From positions 124,001-188,000 of IMG/VR virus record IMGVR_UViG_3300025012_000027: a DNA stretch of 64,000 nt, one strand, 5' to 3'. Below, piece after piece: positions 9,946 through 20,622 of the stretch (position 1 is its first letter; every line of letters begins with the position of its first letter). The notes beneath the pieces were generated by a model that saw only the letters and a program-made list of their open reading frames with translations, made no database searches and had not been told where the DNA came from. The position numbers and the translations under genes were made by a program.

Positions 9946-12054
9946 ATGAAATCGTTCAAAGATTATGTCTCTCTTCAAGAGACCACAGTACCAGAAGACC
10001 TGCTGCACATTCCTGAAAAATGGGAACATCATTCAAAAGTATCAGATGATACCAAGAAAAAGATGGAAGCTGCTCTGGGAACTAAGGGACACACCCTGTT
10101 CCCGCTAGGCGCTGTTGGAGAAGTCGAGCCAGACGTTGATGTGGAGGAACATCTCCAAGATCATGGATATAAAATCCACGATTACAAACGAGGTATTGCT
10201 ACAACTAAGAAACGCATTGGTAATGATGCGGTTGGATATAGAGACAAATTAGTTGAAGAACGCATAGGAGCAGTTCTCAACAAAACCAATGCCCCAGATC
10301 ATGTAAAATCAGCGTATATGGCCGATCCAGCAAGACAGGCTGCTAGCAAGACAGGAGCACATGTATGTATCACTACCACTAGGTTGGGTGTTGCTGGTAT
10401 GACTGTTGGTACATCTTGGAAGGATGAGTCTTGCATGAATCTCCGAGACGGAGCGTTCAAGCATAAACTGTCGGATGATTCTGAGAATGGTACTCACGTA
10501 GCATACCTAGTATCACATGATGACAAAGGTGCTGCTAACGGTGCTCCCGATCACCCACTTGCTAGAATATCGTTAAAACCGTACCATGAAACCACTGAAG
10601 AGTGGCATGACAGGCATGAACCTGAAACCGATACGATCTATAGAGCAGAACGAAAGATATATGGAGCCAATTCATCTCACTTCGAGCATGCTGTAAACAG
10701 ATGGGCCGAGAAAAATTATCCAGCAAAAGATGGTGTACCATATAGAAAGAATGCGAAAGTGTATGATGACACTAGCAATACTATCTTAAAGACGATGGAT
10801 GATAATGGTATCCACAATGCTATAAAGAGTGATACACGCTTGCCAGATTTCACTACGATTCCAAGTGATCAAATGCATAGAGCATTAGATTTTGCTAAAT
10901 CTGAGTTCAGCGACCGTAGTGAAGCACTGGGAACTTTTATATCCAACACGGCGTATGGTAATAGCAGTTTGTCTCAAAGTCATGTCAAGAAATTATATGA
11001 TATGTCGAAAACTCTTCCAGAATATGATCGACAAAACGTGCAACGCCACATAGCCACAAATCATGGCGACAAATTATCAACAAACACTCTGCGCGATTAT
11101 TTGACATCTAATGTGGGAAATCATATTCCGTCAACCGTTCTACAGTCGAAGAAATTATCAAGTGACTTGATAGACGGTCTGCCAGTTAGTCATTATGCAG
11201 ACATACCGCCAGATAAATTGCTACCAAGACACATAGACAAACTAGTTTCAAGTATTATATCTCCACCAGCCGAATGGAGCTCATTGACTCATACGATCTC
11301 CCCGTTGAGGCATAAGTTGAGCAAGAGCAATGTCCATGACCTAGTGCATAAAGGCTCTCTGGGGTCAGCTAATACTAGGATCATGATCGTGCACGAACAC
11401 TTCGACGAGGGTATGCATGATCATATAATGCGCAATTCGCCGATTTCAATAAACACGTTGATGCATCATTCAAAGTTCGTTAAAGCGTCTGATGTTACAA
11501 CCAGCGATATTGTACCTGTATCCGAAAACGATCACGTGGGGGACGTTGAGGGACCTAAGATTAAGGATTTTATTGTCAATCACGCCAACAATCGAATGTT
11601 CACGATGTCAAATGCTATCAGCAAGCACATGACTGATTCTGATTATTCAAAACTTGCATCGTCAGACAACGTGGTCGAATTTAAGAATCCGGCACATTCT
11701 AACAAAATGCTCGATGCACTAAAGAACAATCTATTATCTGCACATGATGCAGTTGGAAATAGCGAACATCCATCAGACGCATCTATCAGCAAATTTCGGG
11801 CTGCGCATGCCGCATACACAGGGTCTATGGATGACCATATGGTTGGACACATTCGGCTCAACGGTGAAAATGGTCCTCGATTTAACGTGGACGAACATAA
11901 TAAAATGTTAGACAGAATCTCGGAAGTAGAAGCTTTACCACACACACACCACATACCAAATTATGAAAGAATTACGGAAAGACTTCACCGAGTCCTTAAA
12001 CGGATCGCTAAGACTAAAGACTTTGTACGAGCGCGTTTTTGCCACTCGGCATAA
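9946..12054 (+). CDS. Large His-rich late protein, possible internal head protein
   Basis: TAAATA upstream; N-terminus MKSFKDYVSLQE resembles the T4 capsid-targeting/gp21-cleavage leader. Confidence 0.6.
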   Translation: MKSFKDYVSLQETTVPEDLLHIPEKWEHHSKVSDDTKKKMEAALGTKGHTLFPLGAVGEVEPDVDVEEHLQDHGYKIHDYKRGIATTKKRIGNDAVGYRDKLVEERIGAVLNKTNAPDHVKSAYMADPARQAASKTGAHVCITTTRLGVAGMTVGTSWKDESCMNLRDGAFKHKLSDDSENGTHVAYLVSHDDKGAANGAPDHPLARISLKPYHETTEEWHDRHEPETDTIYRAERKIYGANSSHFEHAVNRWAEKNYPAKDGVPYRKNAKVYDDTSNTILKTMDDNGIHNAIKSDTRLPDFTTIPSDQMHRALDFAKSEFSDRSEALGTFISNTAYGNSSLSQSHVKKLYDMSKTLPEYDRQNVQRHIATNHGDKLSTNTLRDYLTSNVGNHIPSTVLQSKKLSSDLIDGLPVSHYADIPPDKLLPRHIDKLVSSIISPPAEWSSLTHTISPLRHKLSKSNVHDLVHKGSLGSANTRIMIVHEHFDEGMHDHIMRNSPISINTLMHHSKFVKASDVTTSDIVPVSENDHVGDVEGPKIKDFIVNHANNRMFTMSNAISKHMTDSDYSKLASSDNVVEFKNPAHSNKMLDALKNNLLSAHDAVGNSEHPSDASISKFRAAHAAYTGSMDDHMVGHIRLNGENGPRFNVDEHNKMLDRISEVEALPHTHHIPNYERITERLHRVLKRIAKTKDFVRARFCHSA

Positions 12055-12509
12055 TGTCTAATACTTGAGTCTGAATGCTCCAACGCAGAATCTAAGATCT
12101 CCGGAGTTACCATTGGATGATTCAAGATCTTCTGTTGAGCATACGTATTATCGCCACCAAACACTAACGATGGAGTTTGATACTTCTTCCATAAAGCGGA
12201 CAAGTGTTCTGAGTTGACGCCCTTGTTGTTCATCAAAACGGTTAGGCTTGTTGGTCTAACTGTCGGATTCTTGATGAGTTCATGAATAACATCAGCGGGT
12301 AATGCTTTATGTGTTATCGCCAAAGCTCTTGATAGATCAGGATTCCAGCTCTTACTCGCATGCAATGCAATCTCTGGGGTGATATTAGAATCTGGATGCT
12401 GGACATATGCGACAGGTGCTTCTTCATACGAGAAATGAACCGATGGCTTAGCATAAGTGGCTAAGAATTTTTGGTGAGATTTGCCTAGTTCAGACATTGT
12501 GTTTCCCAT
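11985..12509 (-). CDS. Degenerate helical-repeat protein (paralogue of 19500/43285 family)
   Basis: HQKFLATYAK N-terminal motif; HP.V.PE.L repeats; TAAATA upstream. Confidence 0.5.
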   Translation of the reverse strand: MGNTMSELGKSHQKFLATYAKPSVHFSYEEAPVAYVQHPDSNITPEIALHASKSWNPDLSRALAITHKALPADVIHELIKNPTVRPTSLTVLMNNKGVNSEHLSALWKKYQTPSLVFGGDNTYAQQKILNHPMVTPEILDSALEHSDSSIRHYAEWQKRARTKSLVLAIRLRTR

Positions 12510-12540
12510 GAATCGTGTTACAATATAGTTATTTACCTTT

Positions 12541-13773
12541 ATGCAATTAAACAAAGATCAATCCAGCCTAATAGACACACTATTGAAGTTTTACAACAAT
12601 GGCGGCGATCAGTATTTCCTAGTGTCTGGACAAGCCGGTGTTGGTAAAACGACTTGCATGAAGTTTTTCGCCGAGCAAGTATTAGATACCAATCCAAGAA
12701 CTAAAATATGTATGAGCGCGCCCACAAATAAGGCAGTTGCTGTACTTGATAGTTCGTTGAAGATGCCCGATCTAACATACAAGACAATCTACAGTCTTCT
12801 GGGGCTTAGAATGATGGCTAACGGCGAAGTAAAAGAATTGGCCGATTCTGGGAAAGACAGCGTAGGGAATTATGATCTGGTCGTGATTGATGAAGGTTCG
12901 ATGGTATCGTCTATTCTGATCGACTACCTGTTCAAGAAGACTCGTTTAGCAGATACCAAGATTGTTATCATTGGCGATAAAGAACAGCTACCTCCTGTAG
13001 GTGAACTGATTTCTCCTATATGGAAAACCTTTGATGTCAAGTATGAATTGACTGAAGTGATGCGACATCAGAATGCTATTCTCGAATTCGTTCAAAGCAT
13101 TCGAGGCGATCAACATCCGGTGTTAGAATCTCCAGGCAAACCCGTCTATATTGACAAAACCGAAGATTCATTCGTTGGTAAGATAACGTATATGGCCGAG
13201 CGCGGGCAGTTTCACACGGGATCGGCAAAAGCCGTTGCTTGGAGGAATGTAACCGTCGATACATTAAACAATATTATCAGAGATTCATATCCGCCAACCC
13301 AATCACCGGATAAATTCATTGTAGGTGATCGAGTGGTTATAAAAGAACCGATCATCGAAGCTGACACGACTGTCGCGGCAACAGATGAAGAGGGGCAAGT
13401 ATCGTTTGTTAGAATCACTACGCACACCTTATATCCTATGCTCAAAGCGTGGAAGATCGACATTAAGTTAGATATTGACAAAACGACAGTCACTGCTCAC
13501 GTCATCCACGAAGACTCAAAGAAGATGATGGACGACTTGCTAGAAGGATTCAAAGCCGAGAAGAAGTGGAATCTCTTTTGGAAATTGAAAGAAGCATTCC
13601 ATAATGTGAGCTATGCATATGCGCTTACAGCACATCGAAGTCAAGGATCGACATTTGAGCACGTATTCGTTGATGCCGGCGATGTTTTACTGAATCGGTC
13701 ACCCGATGAACGCGCGAAGTGTTTGTATGTTGCTTGCTCTAGAGCTAGTAAGAGCTTACATTTATTTGTCTAG
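12541..13773 (+). CDS. dda: Dda-like SF1B DNA helicase
   Basis: GQAGVGKT, APTNKA, VIDEGSM, GDKEQLPPV, YALTAHRSQGST. Confidence 0.85.
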   Translation: MQLNKDQSSLIDTLLKFYNNGGDQYFLVSGQAGVGKTTCMKFFAEQVLDTNPRTKICMSAPTNKAVAVLDSSLKMPDLTYKTIYSLLGLRMMANGEVKELADSGKDSVGNYDLVVIDEGSMVSSILIDYLFKKTRLADTKIVIIGDKEQLPPVGELISPIWKTFDVKYELTEVMRHQNAILEFVQSIRGDQHPVLESPGKPVYIDKTEDSFVGKITYMAERGQFHTGSAKAVAWRNVTVDTLNNIIRDSYPPTQSPDKFIVGDRVVIKEPIIEADTTVAATDEEGQVSFVRITTHTLYPMLKAWKIDIKLDIDKTTVTAHVIHEDSKKMMDDLLEGFKAEKKWNLFWKLKEAFHNVSYAYALTAHRSQGSTFEHVFVDAGDVLLNRSPDERAKCLYVACSRASKSLHLFV

Positions 13774-13835
13774 TACCCACGTACACATATCTCGAAATTC
13801 CTTGGTATAGACGGTCCTACCAAGGAATTGAACTA

Positions 13836-14543
13836 TTATCCTAAGTAATGCTTGATCAGCATATCGCGGCGAGCTTTAATAGTATCGCCCAAATGCTCTA
13901 GCCCATGAGGCTTAAGGGTAGCGTCTATCTTATCGTCCGTTAATTTATTCAGATCGTGCGCCGCATCTTTTAAATGCGACTGGGCTATCTTACTGAATAC
14001 TTCGCCAGCAGAGTATGTTGGATTCTGAAAGCTATGCACATCTGCTATGTCTTTTTCAAACGGCTTTGGGTCTCCCTGAGCCCTGAAATGCATTGAACCA
14101 CCTTGGTCCAATGACACTAGATCACCAGTATCTTTGTGCTGGTAAACATTATCGTATGCCAATCCAATGATATCTCGATTACCCGTAATGATTGCCGCAT
14201 GGTGCATCAAGGCAAGTTGATGGGCTCTTTTCGGATCAGTTGCAGAATCTACAATATCTTTTGCCGATCTAAACTTAACTAGATTTGGATTCCAATCAGA
14301 CGTAACAGCTTGCTTGCCTTGGACAGTCTTGATATATGGGTTCGCAGTTGTTATACCCATGTGCTTGTACAGCTCTGATGTCGCGACCTCGACCTTTGCT
14401 TGTTCATGCGTCTTTGGAAACTTTACATATTCCTTTGTATTGGTCAGCATATTGTGATACACGCCGCCAACATTTGAGCCATACTGAGTATTTGGCTCAA
14501 GAATATATTCTTCTCGAAGATAGAATTCTTTGAATGATTTCAT
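13836..14543 (-). CDS. Kinase-like (HipA/PI3-4K-like fold) protein with capsid-targeting-like N-terminus
   Basis: GSNVGGVY, YVKF, EVATSELY, GNRDIIG...DN, LDQGGS; MKSFKEFYLRE start. Confidence 0.5.
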   Translation of the reverse strand: MKSFKEFYLREEYILEPNTQYGSNVGGVYHNMLTNTKEYVKFPKTHEQAKVEVATSELYKHMGITTANPYIKTVQGKQAVTSDWNPNLVKFRSAKDIVDSATDPKRAHQLALMHHAAIITGNRDIIGLAYDNVYQHKDTGDLVSLDQGGSMHFRAQGDPKPFEKDIADVHSFQNPTYSAGEVFSKIAQSHLKDAAHDLNKLTDDKIDATLKPHGLEHLGDTIKARRDMLIKHYLG

Positions 14544-14594
14544 ATACTTAGCCTAAATAACTGATATACTGTAACATAAAATACCTCGAAAAGT

Positions 14595-15896
14595 ATGACT
14601 TCTAATAATATTTACACCGCAATAGATCGAACCCCGTACTGCTATTTGATCGGATGGACCGCGCATAACATTTGGTATTACGGTAAACGATCAGCCAAAC
14701 ACTGCTTGCCGTCAGATTTATGGGTAAAATATAAAACGTCGTCTACAGGCCCTAGGCGTCTTGACGGATCACATACCGTAGAATCTTTCACTACCGAATA
14801 TGGAGAACCAGATAGAATAGAAGTTAGAAAAATATTTAACGATGTACAAGAATGTTCTAAGTGGGAGACTCGATTCCTGAGAAAAGTTAACGCAGCTAAG
14901 AATCCCATATTCTTGAATCGATCGTCTGGCGGTGCCACATTCGACGCGACCGGAAAAGTATGCGTATATGACGAGTCGGGTAGTCTAATACAAATATCAA
15001 AAGAAGATCCTAGATGGATATCCGGCACATTAAAGAGCCAAATCGCCGGCACCGGCATATATCGAGACGCTGACGGTCGAAAATATAAAGTATCAACTCA
15101 AGACCCAAGAGTAATTAGTGGTGAGATATTCTCAATTATCAAAGGAATGACATGCGTTAAGGATGCTCAAGGGAAAACTTTTATGGTGGGGGTCAATGAC
15201 CCTAGATTTTTGTCCGGAGAGGTCACGTCAGTTAAGGCGAATACGGTTATGGTTCGGGATAAGGTCGGAAATATCTTCCGAGCATCTAATCTCGATCCTA
15301 AATATTTATCCGGCGAGTACGCCCCATTTAATATAGGCCTCGTGTCGTGTGTTACTGAGTCGGGCGAACCGGTCGTTTTATCTAAGACAGATCCGAGGTA
15401 TATTTCTGGGGAGATTAAGAGTGCTTTGCACGGTCGAATACTATGCAAAGATCTATCCGGGAAGGTCATGCGAGTCTCATCGACGGATTCTCGATGGGAG
15501 TCTGGTGAGTTGGTCGCGGTGAATATATCGGAAAACCGTCAGAAAATGCGTGAGCGACCGGAAGTTATTGAGTTATCAATGATAGCCTGCCAACGCGGCA
15601 TAAAAATTTCGCCTGCTTGGAAATGGACTAAGGACTTATCGAAATATAGAGAGTTGATATTAAACGGTCCTCCCAACGCATCATATGGATCTAGCAAACC
15701 GAAGAATACACAAGAAAAACTCGATATTCAAAGAGCTCGAATGGTCGCTATGCGATCTAGACCTGAAGTATTAGAGTTGAAATTGATAGCAAAAACCAAG
15801 AACATTGCACTTAGGCCGTCTTGGGAATGGCAGAATGATATTTCAAAAGTTAGAGACCTTATAGTAAACGGCCCCAGTAACAAATCTTACTATTAG
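14595..15896 (+). mobile_element. Free-standing GIY-YIG-like homing endonuclease with tandem DPRxxSG repeats
   Basis: YCYLIGW...YYGKR...DLWVKYKTSS nuclease domain; six ~34-aa repeats; convergent on gp13. Confidence 0.7.
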
Positions 15897-16645
15897 CCTA
15901 TATAAATTTGGCAGATAGGTTCTTCCCATACATCGCGCAATTCTTTTTCTAAGGTTGCGACCTCTTGAACAGCTTCGTTCCATATCTGCTGCCCGTTCAA
16001 CGTCGTCCCACCAACCATCTGAACACCACTGTATTTTTTCAAATTCTCTCCCCATTGACGTTTGATCAAAGCGGTGGTATATCGTTTTAACCATGGATTG
16101 TCGAACATTTTAACAAAATCTACCGGGTCTAGTGCTCGATAGCATTCGATGACAACATAGTTACCCAATCCAAGTTTCTTTTCCCAGTCGGTATCAATAT
16201 ACAATCTGTCTTGGACGCGATTGAACCGTACTAGCGGTCTGCCATTCAACATCTGATCTAATAGGCTAGTGTATTGCATCAACTGCTGATAATAGACTAC
16301 CGAGGTGCTACCCATGTCCCATATATCGTTTAACCGTAACTGATATTGAATGGAGAATGGGTTTACCCCAGTTGCTCCGTGAACTCCGCTTGTGAATGGT
16401 AGAACTCTAACAATGCCACTGATATACGACGGCACTGGCAGATACTTGTTTGTGATGTCGGTCTGTGTTACTAGGTGTTTGACATATGTTCTATCAGTAC
16501 CATCGAAGTGATGATCTTGGAATTTGCGCAGAGCATCGTCGTATCTGTCTTGAATCTGTTCGTCTGTTACGTCGATGGTAACAACGGGTGCGCCAAGAGA
16601 TCTGAGACAATATCTCTTGAAGTCGTCTAATGTAATAATTGCCAT
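15893..16645 (-). CDS. gp13: Neck protein gp13
   Basis: LRSLGAPVVTIDVTDEQI.DR..DAL..F.DHHFDG; WLKRYTTALIKRQWGENL.K. Confidence 0.9.
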   Translation of the reverse strand: MAIITLDDFKRYCLRSLGAPVVTIDVTDEQIQDRYDDALRKFQDHHFDGTDRTYVKHLVTQTDITNKYLPVPSYISGIVRVLPFTSGVHGATGVNPFSIQYQLRLNDIWDMGSTSVVYYQQLMQYTSLLDQMLNGRPLVRFNRVQDRLYIDTDWEKKLGLGNYVVIECYRALDPVDFVKMFDNPWLKRYTTALIKRQWGENLKKYSGVQMVGGTTLNGQQIWNEAVQEVATLEKELRDVWEEPICQIYIG

Positions 16646-16719
16646 ATAAGAATCCTACTGGTTATCTTATATTTAAGTCAATCACATATGACAAACCCTC
16701 CACTAGGAGGGTTGATTGA

Positions 16720-17121
16720 TCAGCGATCGTGCCATCGAGGACCGTCCCCGTTAGGCGGAAGAATGTGTTCAGTACTGAGCCACGTCTGTGATTCGTCTAT
16801 CATACGTTGACAGTCTCGAATTGCGGCGGCATACGCCAGCTCAACCCACACATGATCGAATATCGTTTTACCTGATAAATTTACATCAATCGATGATAGT
16901 TTCAGCCTGTCCGTAGGATCCACCACAATCACTCGCGCGCCAATCCCCAATCGGCAGCACTCATGCGCTAACATATTCGCGTAGTTTTGTGAATGGCATA
17001 TGATTCTGTCTCCATCTCGTAACGTTTTGATCATTGTAGTGGTACGCCCAGTGCGACGAGCAGTTTGAGAATATGTCTCTGCTGCTAATATCATCGCATT
17101 ACCGATTCCATAGATGTCCAT
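16720..17121 (-). CDS. Hypothetical protein with degenerate P-loop
   Basis: ARRTGRTT motif. Confidence 0.55.
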   Translation of the reverse strand: MDIYGIGNAMILAAETYSQTARRTGRTTTMIKTLRDGDRIICHSQNYANMLAHECCRLGIGARVIVVDPTDRLKLSSIDVNLSGKTIFDHVWVELAYAAAIRDCQRMIDESQTWLSTEHILPPNGDGPRWHDR

Positions 17122-17138
17122 AGTATATCCTTTAGATG

Positions 17139-17429
17139 TTACAAGTCTTCACCCGACCACTGGTATGCGTCTTCCAACCCACGAGGAAGCGAGGCAAACA
17201 GTCGTTGGTTTTCCTCGACCAATGCTTCAATATTTCGGTCTCGGCTTTCAAGCGTCGATCTAAGCAGCTCAATTTCCGCTAGTGCATTGCCCAGTTCGCT
17301 GGTTGCAGCGCACTGAGCAAGAACGGCCGCAGCACATTCTTTTCCGTATCGCTCAACGTATCCGTATGTATACCTCATATCGCTTGGTGGAGAACCGGCA
17401 CTCACTGAAATCTCTGGTAGTTCAATCAT
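17139..17429 (-). CDS. Hypothetical protein
   Basis: GGAG RBS; coiled-coil C-half. Confidence 0.5.
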   Translation of the reverse strand: MIELPEISVSAGSPPSDMRYTYGYVERYGKECAAAVLAQCAATSELGNALAEIELLRSTLESRDRNIEALVEENQRLFASLPRGLEDAYQWSGEDL

Positions 17430-17454
17430 TATACATCTCCGTATTCGGGTTTAA

Positions 17455-18348
17455 TTAAAAGTCCTCGATGTCTTGTAAAAGTAAATTCATACCCTTATGG
17501 GCTAGATAGTTGAACACTGTCATTTTCGTACCAACTACGGGTACATTATACTGCGAAACGATGTCGTCTTTCACAGATTGTGGAATGAATGAGAATGAAA
17601 TCAACTTCGCATTCTCGGCGATGCGCGCTTTAATAGCTTCATCGGCGGTGGCGTCTACCATAGACTTTGCTTCCAAGAACGGTTGCATCTTCTTTTCGGT
17701 GGCTGGCTTCTGACGAATTCCCGTAAAGAAAGAATCGCTTGGAGAGAATACATTCGGCACACCGTCACCCGCATCGCCTGTTAGGATCAATCGGCGCAGA
17801 AACAGTTTGCTAGACTCTTCCAGCTTTGCAAATTTCTTATCTCGAGGCAGGTACATCTTCACACGATCAGATACCAGCAGTTGTTTCATATCCTTGTCGC
17901 TGGTGATCAACAAGACCTTTTCTGGTTCATCATACAATCCGGTCGATGATACTTTCGAGGTAGCAATTACTGTGGACATTACGGCCATGACGTCATCTGC
18001 CTCGGCCTCGTCTACAAGAATTACTTTGTATGGAAAGTATTCTTTAAGATCGTGGCGAACGTTATCCATACATTCGTGAATCAAGCCCCATGGGATATCA
18101 GATTCTTCTTTGGCTTTCTTACGCTTATATTTGTAATACTCAAATACTTGCTTGCGCCAGTAATTCCTACCATCACATGCAATAACGATCTCGTTACCAA
18201 ATTCTCGGCTAAACTGCTTCTTATACATTTTAACCGTACTGATGATGACGTGTCGAATAAGATTTTCGACGTCTTTACCAGACCTCAGATCATCTTGGAA
18301 TCCCATGATAGCTGCGATAGCGGTTCCCGAATAGTCGATTACGATCAT
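17455..18348 (-). CDS. rnh: T4-type RNase H / 5'-3' exonuclease
   Basis: VIACDGRNYWRK...YK.KR, AEADDV, ITSDKD, GDAGDGVPN. Confidence 0.9.
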   Translation of the reverse strand: MIVIDYSGTAIAAIMGFQDDLRSGKDVENLIRHVIISTVKMYKKQFSREFGNEIVIACDGRNYWRKQVFEYYKYKRKKAKEESDIPWGLIHECMDNVRHDLKEYFPYKVILVDEAEADDVMAVMSTVIATSKVSSTGLYDEPEKVLLITSDKDMKQLLVSDRVKMYLPRDKKFAKLEESSKLFLRRLILTGDAGDGVPNVFSPSDSFFTGIRQKPATEKKMQPFLEAKSMVDATADEAIKARIAENAKLISFSFIPQSVKDDIVSQYNVPVVGTKMTVFNYLAHKGMNLLLQDIEDF

Positions 18349-18863
18349 AGTGAGTTCAATTCTTTCAATGCTTTTTCATGATGCTTGTACAAGATACCTA
18401 TTCCACCAGCCTTGTTCCAACGACGAATGTTACTAGAATGATCATCAACTAGCACGTGCCTATCTGCAGGTATCTGTGATATGAAAGTATGTTTCAAATT
18501 ACTTTTGGTTATAATCGTTCGTTTTGCTTGCTCTGGACCTAGATATCGCGCAACCCAATCAATCTTCTGCTGGCGGCAGCGATCATGCCTTTCATCAAAC
18601 TCATAACAAACGGGAGATGCACTGATAATAACTGGCTCATCGCACTTCGCCAAGATGCTTTGATACAATTCTTCAAAATGTGGCATAGGAGGGAGATTTG
18701 TCCAGAAATTGTATGTTGCATGAGTTGTATCCCACACACCGTCAACATATCGTTGATTCTCTGGAGAGCGAATGACTGGCAGGACAACATCAAGCTGTTC
18801 TTTCAACCCACGGTCAAGGTCTACCATCACCCCGTCCAAATCAATCGCAATAAATAGTTTCAT
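18345..18863 (-). CDS. HAD-family 5'(3')-deoxyribonucleotidase
   Basis: IAIDLDGVMVD, LVDDH...W..AGG.GI. Confidence 0.8.
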   Translation of the reverse strand: MKLFIAIDLDGVMVDLDRGLKEQLDVVLPVIRSPENQRYVDGVWDTTHATYNFWTNLPPMPHFEELYQSILAKCDEPVIISASPVCYEFDERHDRCRQQKIDWVARYLGPEQAKRTIITKSNLKHTFISQIPADRHVLVDDHSSNIRRWNKAGGIGILYKHHEKALKELNSL

Positions 18864-18904
18864 CCAATTCCTTAAATATTACATATTATAACATAGAAGC
18901 TCGC

Positions 18905-19516
18905 ATGAACATAGAAGAATCATACAAACTTGTTGTAGAACAACAACTCGAAGAAAACATACTTAAACGAACATTAGCTGCTACTGCTATCGCCGGTGCT
19001 AGTTTGCTACCGACCCAAGTAACGCATGATCAACGAGATGCTACATCCAAAGATAACATGTCAGTTATGGCGGATCACGCACATTCTATAGAACGCATCG
19101 TGTCACATTATAAGATCGACCGAGAAAAGGCAAAGAAAATAGTTACTGCTGCGGTGAAGTACAGCAAATTCCCATTCCCTCAAGTTCACCACTTGCTAGG
19201 GACAATGGGTGTTGAATCATCGTTCGACAAAGATGCAAAGAGCAATTTGAAGTATGATCCAGCGGTTGGTTTGATGCAAGTTAGACCAAAGGTTAACGGA
19301 ATTGATCCAACAGAGCTTGCTAGTATTGATGGGCAGATCAAGCACGGGGCTAGCATACTGCATCAATTGTATTCTAAAACCGGTGATATTGACAAGACGC
19401 TGCAAGCATATAATCTAGGACTAACGGCGTTTAATCGTGGGAAGCGTGCGTATCATTATGTAGAAAAGACCAAGCTAGAGACCCAAGAGCACGCACGCAC
19501 TATTTCTGAGAAGTAA
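18905..19516 (-). CDS. SLT-family lytic transglycosylase
   Basis: GVESSF, AVGLMQV, AYNLG. Confidence 0.8.
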
Positions 19517-20261
19517 ATCTGTTATCTATTAGTTCACTTGCTGCGTGTCTGACTATCGATCTATCATCGTTTATAAGTTTATCTAGATGTTCTTTGGTCG
19601 CATTTGGATTTCTAGCTACAGCTTCTCTAACACTCCAGTGGTCATCAGTAACTAGTTTGTCTAGATGTTCTTTCGAGGCAGATGGATTCTGAGCTACAGC
19701 TGCTCTAACACGATGATGACTATCTTTAACCAACTTGGTTAAATGTTCTTGGGTCGCATTAACGTGACCCGCGACTGCATGTCTGACTATAGCTGATGGA
19801 TGATCAGCTAATGTATCTAGATGTTCTTTGGTCGCATTTGGATTTCTAGCTACAGCTTCTCTAACACTCCAGTGGTCATCAGTAACTAGTTTGTCTAGAT
19901 GTTCTTTCGAGGCAGATGGATTCTGAGCTACCGACGCTCTAACACCGGGGTCTGCATCGTTAACTAGCCGATCTAGATGTTCTTTCGAGGCAGATGGATT
20001 CTGAGCTACCGACGCTCTAACACCCGCGGCTGCATCGGTAACTAGCCGATCTAGATGTTCTTTAGTAGCGTTTGGGGTTCTAGCTACCGCCGCTCTAACA
20101 TGCTCAGAATTATCATTCACTAATTTATCTAGATGCTCTTTAGTAGCAGTTGGATTCTGGGCTACATATTGTCTAACTCCAGGCTGTGCATCATTAATTA
20201 GTTTATCTAGATGTTCTTTAGCACCGTACTTAACTAGAAAAAGTTTTTGTTCGTATTTCAT
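19500..20261 (-). CDS. 26-aa helical (HEAT/LRV-like) repeat protein, 9 repeats
   Basis: KEHLDKLVxDxxxxVRxxVAxNPxA(T/S) repeated 9 times. Confidence 0.85.
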   Translation of the reverse strand: MKYEQKLFLVKYGAKEHLDKLINDAQPGVRQYVAQNPTATKEHLDKLVNDNSEHVRAAVARTPNATKEHLDRLVTDAAAGVRASVAQNPSASKEHLDRLVNDADPGVRASVAQNPSASKEHLDKLVTDDHWSVREAVARNPNATKEHLDTLADHPSAIVRHAVAGHVNATQEHLTKLVKDSHHRVRAAVAQNPSASKEHLDKLVTDDHWSVREAVARNPNATKEHLDKLINDDRSIVRHAASELIDNRFTSQK

Positions 20262-20301
20262 ACAATTGCATAATAGTAAGACGGCATTGGCCGTCTTTGT
20301 A

Positions 20302-20604
20302 TTATTTACTGTTGGTCAGAATCTCAACCATAACAACAAAATCAGAGTCTACATCAATCTCTTCGGTGTAGTTTTGTCGATGGTATGCTCTGGCAAACCG
20401 GCTCAACAAACGCTTTGGAATTTTAAACTTATCGTATAGATCATTGAGAGCCTCTTTTTGGAAGTCTCGCTCACCTTCTGCACGAGTTTTGCTAGCACTG
20501 ATCTCCATCATAGCATCCATGATCGCCTTACGATCAGTTGGGCTGCTAGGCATCACAAAGCCTTTAGGCGCCTCTTCACCCATGAGTTCATCTAGTTCAT
20601 CCAT
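20302..20604 (-). CDS. dsbA: DsbA-like dsDNA-binding protein
   Basis: Pattern EISASK...F.IPKRLLSRFARAYH like T4 DsbA. Confidence 0.55.
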   Translation of the reverse strand: MDELDELMGEEAPKGFVMPSSPTDRKAIMDAMMEISASKTRAEGERDFQKEALNDLYDKFKIPKRLLSRFARAYHRQNYTEEIDVDSDFVVMVEILTNSK

Positions 20605-20622
20605 TCTACTTCCTCTTCTTAG

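Noticed and set aside
19560-20230. Direct DNA repeats resembling a CRISPR array (also 43320-43990)
   Set aside because: 78-nt periodic, in-frame coding repeats without unique spacers; no cas genes.
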